Shown in pieces: positions 16,001 to 23,619 of a stretch of 23,639 nt of DNA. The notes under the pieces are model-generated. The model had not been told where the DNA came from and did no database searches. It worked only from the letters and a program-made list of their open reading frames with translations. A program made the position numbers and the translations under genes. Source of the stretch: Candidatus Rokuibacteriota bacterium (lineage in GTDB: Bacteria > Methylomirabilota > Methylomirabilia > Rokubacteriales > DASRDR01). The stretch lies in the NCBI GenBank assembly GCA_044866005.1, contig JBIOTN010000074.1, forward strand, positions 1-23,639, written 5' to 3'. Position 1 is the first letter of the stretch, and each line of letters starts with the position of its first letter.

Positions 16001-16846
16001 TCAGCCGCAATCCACGCCGTCCAGCGACACCGTCGTCGTGCCGCCCGCGTTCACCGTGAACGCCTTCGTGGGTCCGCACCAGAGAGCGCTGTACGAGCCG
16101 GGCGCGACGCCTCCGCGCGTCACGCTTTCGCCGGGATCGAGGTCGGACACGGGCGAGATCGTCCCGGGCGAGAACGTGACGGTGGGAATGGTGCAGCATG
16201 CGTAGTCCGCGGTGTTCACGACGATGACGGTCCCGGTGCCGCCGAACGTCGCGATGACCGTGGTGGGGGTGCTCGTGATCGTCACGTTACACGTCGGGTT
16301 CGTGCTGCAGCCGCCGCCGCTGTAGCCGACGAAGCCGCTGCTCGCGTTCAGCGTCACCACGGTCCCCAGCGTGAACGGCTCCGAGCAGTCGCCGGGACAG
16401 CTGATGCCGCCCGGCGAGCTGCCCACGCTCCCGTTGCCGACCACGATGACGATGAGGCTGCTGTTGACGCCCGCCACGACGACGCTCACCTGGAGCGGCG
16501 TCGGCGGGACCACCCGCACCGTGGCGCTGCCCGTCGCCGTCTGGGTGCCGCAGAGCAGGGTGGCGACCAGGTTGTACACGCCGGCGGCCAGCGACAGCGC
16601 GTGCTCGGTCGGCGGGATCGGGAAGGTCTGCGTCACGCTGGTGCTGGTGTTCGTCGCCGTGAGCGTGCCGGTGCAGTTGCCGGGGACCTGGGCCGCGCGG
16701 ATGCCCCGCAGGGTGAGCACGACCGAGTTTCCGCTCGGGCCCGTGGTCCGGCTGCTGCCGCCGCCGCAGGCCTGGGCGAGCGCGGCCACGAGCAAGAGTG
16801 CCCCCGCCCACCGCCGGAGGGACACGTGATTACCCGGAGCATGCAT
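16001..16846 (-). CDS. Thr/Ser/Gly/Cys-rich putative lipoprotein with an InlB B-repeat-like (divergent) beta domain, 281 aa
   Basis: SD GGAGG before ATG 16846. Signal LLLVAALAQA-C-GGG; segment GNGSVGSSPGGISCPGDCSEPFTLGTVVTLNAS..F.GYSGGGC; paired Cys residues. Confidence 0.75.
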   Translation of the reverse strand: MHAPGNHVSLRRWAGALLLVAALAQACGGGSSRTTGPSGNSVVLTLRGIRAAQVPGNCTGTLTATNTSTSVTQTFPIPPTEHALSLAAGVYNLVATLLCGTQTATGSATVRVVPPTPLQVSVVVAGVNSSLIVIVVGNGSVGSSPGGISCPGDCSEPFTLGTVVTLNASSGFVGYSGGGCSTNPTCNVTITSTPTTVIATFGGTGTVIVVNTADYACCTIPTVTFSPGTISPVSDLDPGESVTRGGVAPGSYSALWCGPTKAFTVNAGGTTTVSLDGVDCG

Positions 16847-16906
16847 GGGTCCTACCTCCACCTCGCACTGCGGGTTCCGCTCAACCCGACCGGTCGACGA
16901 CAACCG

Positions 16907-18067
16907 CTAGAAGCGGTAGGTGACGAGCACGTCGGCGTGGACGCCGTTGATGGTGCCGGCCCTCGGGAACAGCGGGCCCTCCTCCACGTCCATGACGAAG
17001 TACCGGAAGCCCGCCTCGACGGCGAGCCTCCGGTGAGGCGTCCAGCGGATCCCCGGGCCGAAGGCGACCTTCGTCCGGCCCCCGTCGTGGAGCGGGTCCC
17101 CCTTCGCGTAGTCGTTCGCCTCGATGCGCCGGACGTCCACCGAGCCCTGCACGCTCCAGGCGTCGCTCAGGATGTAGCCGGCCGTCAGCCCGGCCCGGAA
17201 CTCGTTGCCCTTGCTGTTCTGGGCCTCGGTCACGAGCAGGCCGCCCGCGCCGATCCGCTCGGCCTTGTCCCGGATGATGTCGCGGAGCGTGAGGACGAGC
17301 CACCACGGCTCGGGCCGCCACTCGACCGTCACGAGGAGGTCGATCTCGTCGCCTTCCCGGAAGGAGTCCCGCCCGCGCCGCTGGTCGACGGTGTAGTAGG
17401 TGTACGCGACGCGGCCGATCAGCCGGACCGCGTCCGCGAGGTAGACGTCGCCGAGGCCGGCCACCGTGACTTCGTCGCCGGGGTCGATGTCGTCGGCGGG
17501 CTCGGTGGTCGGATCGTATTCCCCCGTCCAGAGAAAACCGGCGGCCAGGCCGAGGCCGAAGGCGCCGAAGTTGTGATAGACGGTCAGCGTCGGGTTGACG
17601 TCGAGCCCTTCGCCGAAGCGGTCCAGGGCGACGAGGTCCTCGTCCTGGATCGCCGCCACGTCACGCGAAGACAGGCGGCTCTTGCCGGTGGGGAGGTCGA
17701 GGTTGAGCCCTGCGCGGATCTCGGTGTCGCCCAGCACCAGCCGGTAGTAGCCCGAGAGCGTCGTGTCCGTGAAGCCCGTGATCGAGCCCGACGGCACGAC
17801 GCCGGGGTCCCGCTCGCTGGTCCCGTAGGCGCCGCGGACGCTCACGCCCCAGCGAGGGGTGTCGAAGGCCAGGGAGAACGGGCCGAGCACCTCGTGTCCG
17901 TTCTGGCCCGCCCCGTCCCACCAGTCCACGTGGACGCCGGTGCGGGCCGTCCACTCGTCGGCGGCCGCCGGACCCGGGGCGGTCGCGAGCATCGCGGCGA
18001 GGGCGAGGCCGTGCCACGCCCGCCACCAGCCAGACCCTGCCGGGGCCCCCCACCTGCCTCCCTTCAT
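16907..18067 (-). CDS. Outer-membrane beta-barrel protein, 386 aa
   Basis: Signal peptide ending AAA-DE, alternating amphipathic beta-strands and C-terminal BAM signal VLVTYRF. Confidence 0.8.
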   Translation of the reverse strand: MKGGRWGAPAGSGWWRAWHGLALAAMLATAPGPAAADEWTARTGVHVDWWDGAGQNGHEVLGPFSLAFDTPRWGVSVRGAYGTSERDPGVVPSGSITGFTDTTLSGYYRLVLGDTEIRAGLNLDLPTGKSRLSSRDVAAIQDEDLVALDRFGEGLDVNPTLTVYHNFGAFGLGLAAGFLWTGEYDPTTEPADDIDPGDEVTVAGLGDVYLADAVRLIGRVAYTYYTVDQRRGRDSFREGDEIDLLVTVEWRPEPWWLVLTLRDIIRDKAERIGAGGLLVTEAQNSKGNEFRAGLTAGYILSDAWSVQGSVDVRRIEANDYAKGDPLHDGGRTKVAFGPGIRWTPHRRLAVEAGFRYFVMDVEEGPLFPRAGTINGVHADVLVTYRF

Positions 18068-18121
18068 GCCCTCCCCCTCTCGAGCCCGCGCCGCGCGGGC
18101 GTGGCGACTGCTGCGCCCCGG

Positions 18122-18961
18122 TTACTCGACGCTCACGGACGTCCCGACCGGCGCCTCGGTGGACGGCGCGTCTCCCCGCCCGGTCTGCCCCGGCTGGCCG
18201 CCAAAGATGCGGTCGCCGGTGAGCCGTTCGGTGAGCTTCCCGCCGAGCGCGCGGAATGCGTCCAGATCGAGGTCCGCCGGGTCGACCGTGGCCGACTCGA
18301 ACGTGAGCGCCTTCAGGATCGCCCGCTTGTCACGCAGCGGGATCACGGTGCACGGAGGCGGGTCGCGTCGCGGCTCGAGGCGGGTCCAGCGGTTTCGGTC
18401 GCAGAGGACGAACCCGGCGCCGATGGAGCTGTTCTGCGTCTGGCCGGCGAAGGTGTAGACCCGGCTCACCCGCGGGGCGTCGGGGATCGCGGGCGACTCG
18501 TGCAGCACCGCAAAATCCGTCTGCCGCACGGCGGCGACGGCCGTCGGCGTCTGGACGGCGAAGCCGCCCTGGGTGGCGGCGACCTTCGCGATCACCTGGC
18601 GCGCGACCCAGGCGCGGGCCTGGCCCACCGCGAGGTTGAAGCGCGACGTGCTGGGGTTTCCCGCGGCGTCCAGGTCGAGCTTGTCGATCTCCAGGTCCGA
18701 CAGCTCGCCCAGGCGGACCAGGCTTCCGTCGCCCAGGCGGATCTCCGCCGCGCCGCCCCGTCCGGTCCGCACGCGGTCACCCTCCGCGAGCCGCGCGCCC
18801 TTCACCAGCGGGCGTGCCGCCGTCTGGCCGCGGGGGACGGCCTCGACGGGCGGCCGGGCCAGGACCACCTCCGCGCCCCTCGCGGGCTGCGCGGCCGCGC
18901 CGGCGCAGAGCCAGAGGCTCGCCGCCACGACCAGGATCGCCCCGCGCGCCGTCGTTCTCAT
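18122..18961 (-). CDS. Periplasmic FecR-domain protein, 279 aa
   Basis: SD GGGAGG before ATG 18961, a signal peptide, L.EGDRVRTG...AEIRLGDGSLVRLGE.S and VQTPTAVAAVRQTDF. Confidence 0.85.
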   Translation of the reverse strand: MRTTARGAILVVAASLWLCAGAAAQPARGAEVVLARPPVEAVPRGQTAARPLVKGARLAEGDRVRTGRGGAAEIRLGDGSLVRLGELSDLEIDKLDLDAAGNPSTSRFNLAVGQARAWVARQVIAKVAATQGGFAVQTPTAVAAVRQTDFAVLHESPAIPDAPRVSRVYTFAGQTQNSSIGAGFVLCDRNRWTRLEPRRDPPPCTVIPLRDKRAILKALTFESATVDPADLDLDAFRALGGKLTERLTGDRIFGGQPGQTGRGDAPSTEAPVGTSVSVE

Positions 18962-19110
18962 GCTCGGCCTCCCTTCGAGGGCCCCCGTCATGACCGTGGT
19001 CGCGCCCCGCGCGAGCGAATCCTCGCTGGGCTTCCGCCGCGCCAGCGCGCGACCCGGGCCGCGCGGAGCCCCTCGGGGCTTCCCCGTGAGCAACTCTCCC
19101 GACCCGCGGT

Positions 19111-19138
19111 ATCATAGCGGCCCGTCTGGCGCTGTCAA
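19111..19138 (-). promoter_or_regulatory. sigma70 promoter TTGACA-N16-TATGAT for the FecR operon
   Basis: Plus strand TGTCAA at 19133-19138 and ATCATA at 19111-19116. Perfect -35 and 5/6 -10. Confidence 0.8.
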
Positions 19139-19161
19139 GGCCGCGTCTTGGGATCCAGCGG

Positions 19162-19167
19162 TACAAT
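19162..19167 (+). promoter_or_regulatory. -10 box TACAAT, divergent promoter toward tusA
   Basis: Near-consensus hexamer back-to-back with the FecR promoter. No clear -35. Confidence 0.5.
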
Positions 19168-19338
19168 GAAAGCTTCCGGGAGTGGCCGCGAATTGGTGCG
19201 AATGCCGGGATTGAGGAGGCACGCGCGTGGCTCGACGGGCTGATCACGCCGCCCGCCCTGCGGGGGTTCTGCGCGACGGCTCGCGGGGCGAGTGCCGGAG
19301 CGAGCCGGCGCTCCGGATCGAGCGGTAGAGCGGCCCGC

Positions 19339-19620
19339 ATGCCTTCCGGGTCGCCGCCCATCCCGCCGCCCGCGTCCCGCCCGGCGAGCCCGCCGGAGGT
19401 GGTGCTCGATATCCGGGGCGAAGGCTGCCCCTACACCTTCCTCCGGTCGAAGCTCGCGCTGGAAACCCTGGCGGTCGGACAACTGCTCCGCGTGGTCGTG
19501 GGGGATGAGACGTCCGCCCGCGACGTCCCGCGCAGCCTGAGCGCGGCCGGCCACTCGGTCCTGGCCGTCGAGCCGCTCGCCCCTCGCCTCTGGGCCATCC
19601 TCGTCCGGAAAGGGGGGTGA
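19339..19620 (+). CDS. tusA: TusA/SirA family sulfur carrier, 93 aa
   Basis: LDIRGEGCPY...K.AL..L..GQLLRVVVGD...DVP...GH...ILVRK pattern. Confidence 0.88.
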   Translation: MPSGSPPIPPPASRPASPPEVVLDIRGEGCPYTFLRSKLALETLAVGQLLRVVVGDETSARDVPRSLSAAGHSVLAVEPLAPRLWAILVRKGG

Positions 19621-19625
19621 CGGGC

Positions 19626-20783
19626 TCAGGCGGTGTGCGCCAGCGCCTCGGGGATCGCGGACGGCGCGCGCGCGCGCGACCGCCCGATCGCGGCGAGGCG
19701 AGCCGGCGGGATCACGGCACACGCCTCCGCCACCTCGGGATCGAACTGACGACGCGCCTCGCGCCGGATCTCGGCCAGGGCGCCGGCGAGCGAGCGCGCG
19801 GGCTCGCACGGGCGGGCGACCGTCATCGCGTCCAGCGCGTCCGCGACCGCCACGATCCGGCCCGCCAGGGGAATCTCGCTGCCGCGCCGCCCGTCGGGGT
19901 AGCCCTCGCCGTCGTACCGCTCGTGGTGGGCGCGGACCGCCTCGGTCTCCCTGGCCAGGACGCGGAACGGCGCCAGGATCCGCCCGGCGACGAGGGGGTG
20001 CTGCCGGATCGCGAGGCGCTGTTCCGGTCCGAGCCGCCCGGGCTCGCGCAGGACCGCGTCCGGGAGCACGAGCTTGCCGATGTCGTGGAGCAGGCCGGCC
20101 CGGCGGGCCAGCGCCACCTCGGCTGGCGAGCGGCCCATCGCCCTCGCCAGCTCCGCGGCGTAGCACGAGACGCGGCGGGAATGCCCTCGGAGGTGGACGT
20201 CCTTCGCCTCGAGCGCGGCGACGAACGAGAAGACGAGCGGGAAGACCACCTCGGCGGCTGTCGGTGACCCCGTGAGCGGTCCGAGGCGCAACCGCGCGAG
20301 CGCCAGCGCCATCGCGCGGGCGTAGTGGAGCAGCAGCTCCTTCTCCTCGGGCCTGAAGCCTCCGCCCCCGCGGCCCACGCAGAGCGAGCCGGCCGTGCCG
20401 GGTGGCTCGCCGATCTGCGCCGCGAGCACGGCGAAGCTGTGCCCGTCGCCCATCAAGCTGACCGCCTGGCGGCCGCCGTTCCCCCGAAGCTCCGTGGACG
20501 AGCTCTCCAGCAGGCGCCGGAGCTGGACGAGGAGCGGTGGGAAGCCGCGCTCGCTCACCGCGACGCTTCCGGCGTCATCGTGAAGGAGGGCGAGGCCGGC
20601 ATGGGCGTGGAGGCTTCGCGTGAGGGAGTCGAGCGTGGCCTGGCCGAGCGCGGCGCGCTCGAGGACCGCGACCGCGAGCGGCCCGACCGGGACGGGGGAC
20701 GCGGTCGGGCAGGGCGGGCTCGGTGCCGGCGGGAGGACTCCGGCGTGCACTCGGCGGCGCGGGCGGTGGATCTGCTCGATCAC
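19626..20783 (-). CDS. HD-GYP domain protein (predicted cyclic dinucleotide phosphodiesterase) with a degenerate GAF-like N-terminus, 385 aa; start uncertain
   Basis: EAKD...GHSRRV, LLHDIGK, HHERYDGEGYPDG, RIVAVADALDAMT and QFDP. Confidence 0.92.
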   Translation of the reverse strand: MIEQIHRPRRRVHAGVLPPAPSPPCPTASPVPVGPLAVAVLERAALGQATLDSLTRSLHAHAGLALLHDDAGSVAVSERGFPPLLVQLRRLLESSSTELRGNGGRQAVSLMGDGHSFAVLAAQIGEPPGTAGSLCVGRGGGGFRPEEKELLLHYARAMALALARLRLGPLTGSPTAAEVVFPLVFSFVAALEAKDVHLRGHSRRVSCYAAELARAMGRSPAEVALARRAGLLHDIGKLVLPDAVLREPGRLGPEQRLAIRQHPLVAGRILAPFRVLARETEAVRAHHERYDGEGYPDGRRGSEIPLAGRIVAVADALDAMTVARPCEPARSLAGALAEIRREARRQFDPEVAEACAVIPPARLAAIGRSRARAPSAIPEALAHTA

Positions 20784-20885
20784 GGCTCGGGGTGGCGAGC
20801 GGCGTGGGAGGGTCCCGGAGAGGCGCGGCCGAGACGCACGGTCCGCGGCGGGAGCTCGTGCCGCTACGTTTCCGCCGTGGCGAGG

Positions 20886-20901
20886 AGCAACGACCGTGCC
20901 T
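20886..20901 (-). promoter_or_regulatory. sigma54 (-24/-12) promoter AGGCACGGTCGTTGCT for the HD-GYP gene
   Basis: GG-N10-GC spacing; matches TGGCACG-N4-TTGCW except at the first base. Confidence 0.7.
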
Positions 20902-21024
20902 GCCGAGGTCGCAGGAGATGGCCGTCGCCGAATCGCGTGGTTAGCCGCGGAGCCTCGGGCGCGGTCGCGTCAGCCGGTGCGGAAAAACCCCGGACGGGTG
21001 GGCAAATCCCCCCTGACGGGCGCC

Positions 21025-21960
21025 TCAGCCCGCCGCCGCCGTGCGCGAAGGCGCCGGATCGGGGGCCGCGGCGCGCGGTGAGCTCGGCGGCGATGGCGCG
21101 GGCGCGGGCTCGCCGGATACCACGCAGCCATGGCGCGGGCCATGGACGGGCGCTCGGCCGCTCCGGCAGTGGCCGTTGGCCGGCGCGACCACCAGGGCCG
21201 CGGCGACGGGGGCGGTGACATCGCGCGTGGCGAGCGCCGGGGCGGGGCGCGGCGCCGGCACGGTTCGGGGCACCGAGCTCAGCAGGTAGCGGACGTAGCT
21301 GACGATGAGGCTCATGACCAGCATTTCCCCACCGTCCTCGATCATGTCGAGGGTGAACGCGACGTAGCGGACGTGGCCGTTCGTCGCCGCGCTGTGCAGC
21401 ACGTCCACTCCCACGCCCACGAATGCGAGGAGGAGCACCAGCACGCCGAGGTGGTGAGAGACCTGCCTGGCGGTGGGGTCGGCGTACCGGTAGCCGGCGA
21501 TCAGGATCAGCAGGAAGACCCCGCCGACGCCGGCCGCGAAGATGAGCTCCCCGAGGTCGTCCGCCTGGAGGCCGAACACGGACGGCAGCCTCAGGAAGTC
21601 GCCCAGCCACAGCCCGACCGTTTCGTGGATCTCCAGCGCGTCGTCGGCCAAGAGATACGCGAACATTGCCGTCCAGCCCACGAAGACCGTCTGTCTCGTT
21701 CGCAGGTAGACCGTCATCAGCACCGTGGCGATGAGCCCTTCCTTGACGTACTGGAAGGTCTCCCCATAGCCGCCGTCCCGGTCGATGTAGAGCACGGAGT
21801 CCGAGGGGATCTCGAGCAGCCTCACGATCACGTGGAGGACGATGAAGCCGACATCGACGAGGGCGAGGGCGCCGAGCAGTCGGAGGGGGGACCACTGGAC
21901 GAAGCGAGCGACCGTGAAGGCGGTCAGCCCCACCAGCAGAACCACGTGGGCCTGCGGCAT
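21025..21960 (-). CDS. Uncharacterised polytopic membrane protein with acidic/His motifs, about 311 aa
   Basis: Multiple TM helices with DGGYGE, DDALEIHE, DLGE, DVLH and IEDGGEM. ATG 21960 is in frame with track ORF 21025..22212. The C-terminal tail is low-complexity. Confidence 0.8.
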   Translation of the reverse strand: MPQAHVVLLVGLTAFTVARFVQWSPLRLLGALALVDVGFIVLHVIVRLLEIPSDSVLYIDRDGGYGETFQYVKEGLIATVLMTVYLRTRQTVFVGWTAMFAYLLADDALEIHETVGLWLGDFLRLPSVFGLQADDLGELIFAAGVGGVFLLILIAGYRYADPTARQVSHHLGVLVLLLAFVGVGVDVLHSAATNGHVRYVAFTLDMIEDGGEMLVMSLIVSYVRYLLSSVPRTVPAPRPAPALATRDVTAPVAAALVVAPANGHCRSGRAPVHGPRHGCVVSGEPAPAPSPPSSPRAAAPDPAPSRTAAAG

Positions 21961-22117
21961 TACCCGGCGACTCTCGGAGGGACGCGGCCGTCGGTCACGG
22001 CCGTCGCGGCGCGGCGGCCGGCGAGGGGCCGGCGCCCGGTGGACGACGCCATCCGGCTGACCAGCTCGAGCTCGACTCTCCGGAACGCCATCGACGGAAT
22101 CTCCACCGTGGCGCCGG

Positions 22118-22133
22118 AGCAAATACAGTGCCT
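22118..22133 (-). promoter_or_regulatory. sigma54 promoter AGGCACTGTATTTGCT for the membrane protein gene
   Basis: GG-N10-GC spacing with GGCAC and TTGCT boxes. Confidence 0.65.
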
Positions 22134-22296
22134 GCGCCCGCAGCCGCACGGGTGGCGCGATTTCGCGGGCCAGGCCCGAGCGCCGCGGCGTGGCTTGCAC
22201 GGGCGGGCGCAATCTTTGCCGGGGCAGGTGTCCGGGCGCCTCGCTCCTGTGCCGGCGAGCTTGCTAGCTAGCAGGGACGGCCTCCTGCTGCCTTGG

Positions 22297-22312
22297 TGGC
22301 GCGCATTATGCA
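22297..22312 (+). promoter_or_regulatory. sigma54 promoter TGGCGCGCATTATGCA for the RHH-wza operon
   Basis: GG-N10-GC spacing, ending 30 nt before ATG 22343. Confidence 0.65.
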
Positions 22313-22342
22313 CGACCTGGCGATCAGGGGACCGAGGCAGGC

Positions 22343-22585
22343 ATGCCAGCGAGAAAACCACCGGAGTCGACCGGCCGGCGCGTCCGGCTCCATCCCGACC
22401 GGCTCATGGGGCACGGCGCCGCGCACGTGGTGACGGCGCTGGCCCGCCTCCACGGCCAGCTCAACGTCCGGTTGAGCGCCGACGTCTACGCTCGACTCCA
22501 CCGCTACTGCGCCGTGACCGGCGAGCGGGTCGGCGCGACGGTGACCGCGGCGCTCGTGGACTTCCTGCGCGGGAGAGGCTGGTGA
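22343..22585 (+). CDS. Small putative ribbon-helix-helix DNA-binding protein, 80 aa
   Basis: QLNVRLSADVYARLHRYCAVTGERVGATVTAALVDFL fits the beta-alpha-G-alpha RHH pattern. SD GAGG upstream; the stop overlaps the next GTG. Confidence 0.65.
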   Translation: MPARKPPESTGRRVRLHPDRLMGHGAAHVVTALARLHGQLNVRLSADVYARLHRYCAVTGERVGATVTAALVDFLRGRGW

Positions 22586-23619
22586 GCCCGGAGCGCCCGG
22601 CGGCGCGCGCAGCCGGCGCGCTGCTCGTCCTGGGCGTCCTCCTGACGGCGGCGGCGTGCGCCGGCGCTCGACACGGCGCCTCGGCGCCCGCCGGGCGCTC
22701 GACCGCAGAGACGCCGGGCGCGGGCCCGGCCCCCGCCCTCGCCCCGCCGCCGGCCGTGTCGCTCGCCCCGCCGTCGGCGGCGACCGCGGGAGGGGATTAC
22801 CGGATCGCGCCCAAGGATCAGCTCACCATCGAGGTGTACGGCGAAAAGGGTCTGGGCGGCGCGGTGCGCGTCAGCGAGACGGGGACGATCACGCTCCCGT
22901 TCCTCGGCGAGCTTCCCGCGGCCGGGCTGTCTCCCCGGGAACTGGAGGAGAAGATCGAGGCGGGCCTGAAGGGCCGGTACCTCCTCAACCCGCGCGTCAC
23001 GGTCAGCGTATCGGAGTTCCGGGGCCGGCAGATCGCCGTCATGGGCGCCGTGAACCAGCCGGGCGCCTATCCGCTCAAGACGAACTACACGACGGTGCTC
23101 GGCGCCATCTCCGAGGCGAAAGGCGTCAAGGACGGCGCCGACCGTATCGCCTACGTCCTGCGGGCCCGTCCGCGGGACGGTGAGCCGCAGCCCGTGACCG
23201 TGGACCTCGACGCCCTCCTGCGGAGCGCCAGCTCGAGTCACAACGTCGTCGTCGAGGCAGGCGACTCCGTTTACGTGCCCGAGGCGAACGTCTACTACGT
23301 GGCCGGCGAGGTCGAGAAGCGCGGCGTCTTCACGCTGCGCCGCGACACGACGCTGTCGAAGGCGATCACCGAGGCCGGCGGGGCGACGAAGACCGCCGCC
23401 ATCGGCAACGTCAAGGTGATCCGCACGCTGCCGAGCGGCGAAAAGCAGGAGATCGACGGCATCGACCTCGACGCGGTCATGAAGGGCGATCGCCGGCAGG
23501 ACCTCCCGCTCCAGGCGCGGGACGTGGTCGTGGTCCCGCGGAGCGGCGCGAAGACGGCGGCCTACGGCTTCCTCGACGTCCTCAAGAGCGTCATCAAGTT
23601 CGGGATCTTCGCCTTTTAG
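22582..23619 (+). CDS. Polysaccharide export lipoprotein (Wza/OPX family; Poly_export plus SLBB domains), 345 aa
   Basis: Lipobox-like TAAA-C, DYRIAPKDQLTIEVYG, GTITLPFLG, NPRVTV, two SLBB repeats (GAVNQPG, GEVEKRG) and a C-terminal amphipathic helix. Confidence 0.92.
   Translation: MSPERPAARAAGALLVLGVLLTAAACAGARHGASAPAGRSTAETPGAGPAPALAPPPAVSLAPPSAATAGGDYRIAPKDQLTIEVYGEKGLGGAVRVSETGTITLPFLGELPAAGLSPRELEEKIEAGLKGRYLLNPRVTVSVSEFRGRQIAVMGAVNQPGAYPLKTNYTTVLGAISEAKGVKDGADRIAYVLRARPRDGEPQPVTVDLDALLRSASSSHNVVVEAGDSVYVPEANVYYVAGEVEKRGVFTLRRDTTLSKAITEAGGATKTAAIGNVKVIRTLPSGEKQEIDGIDLDAVMKGDRRQDLPLQARDVVVVPRSGAKTAAYGFLDVLKSVIKFGIFAF

Noticed and set aside
19168..19215. Cobalamin or Moco riboswitch upstream of tusA (GGTGCGAATGCC resemblance)
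   Set aside because: The other conserved elements (B12 box, GGAAAC/CCUCC motifs) are not present.
19090..19338. Open frame continuous with tusA (…EEARAWLDGLITPP…) as an N-terminal extension
   Set aside because: It has no ATG/GTG/TTG start, it runs across the divergent promoters, and TusA is complete without it.
20999..21030. c-di-GMP-I (GEMM) riboswitch suggested by GGGCAAA near the HD-GYP gene
   Set aside because: It is on the wrong strand for that gene and lacks the GNRA-capped stem and the GACGCAAAGC core.
22195..22212. NtrC-like site TTGCAC-N6-GCGCAA
   Set aside because: Spacing and right half-site deviate from TGCAC-N7-GTGCA, so it is too weak to call.
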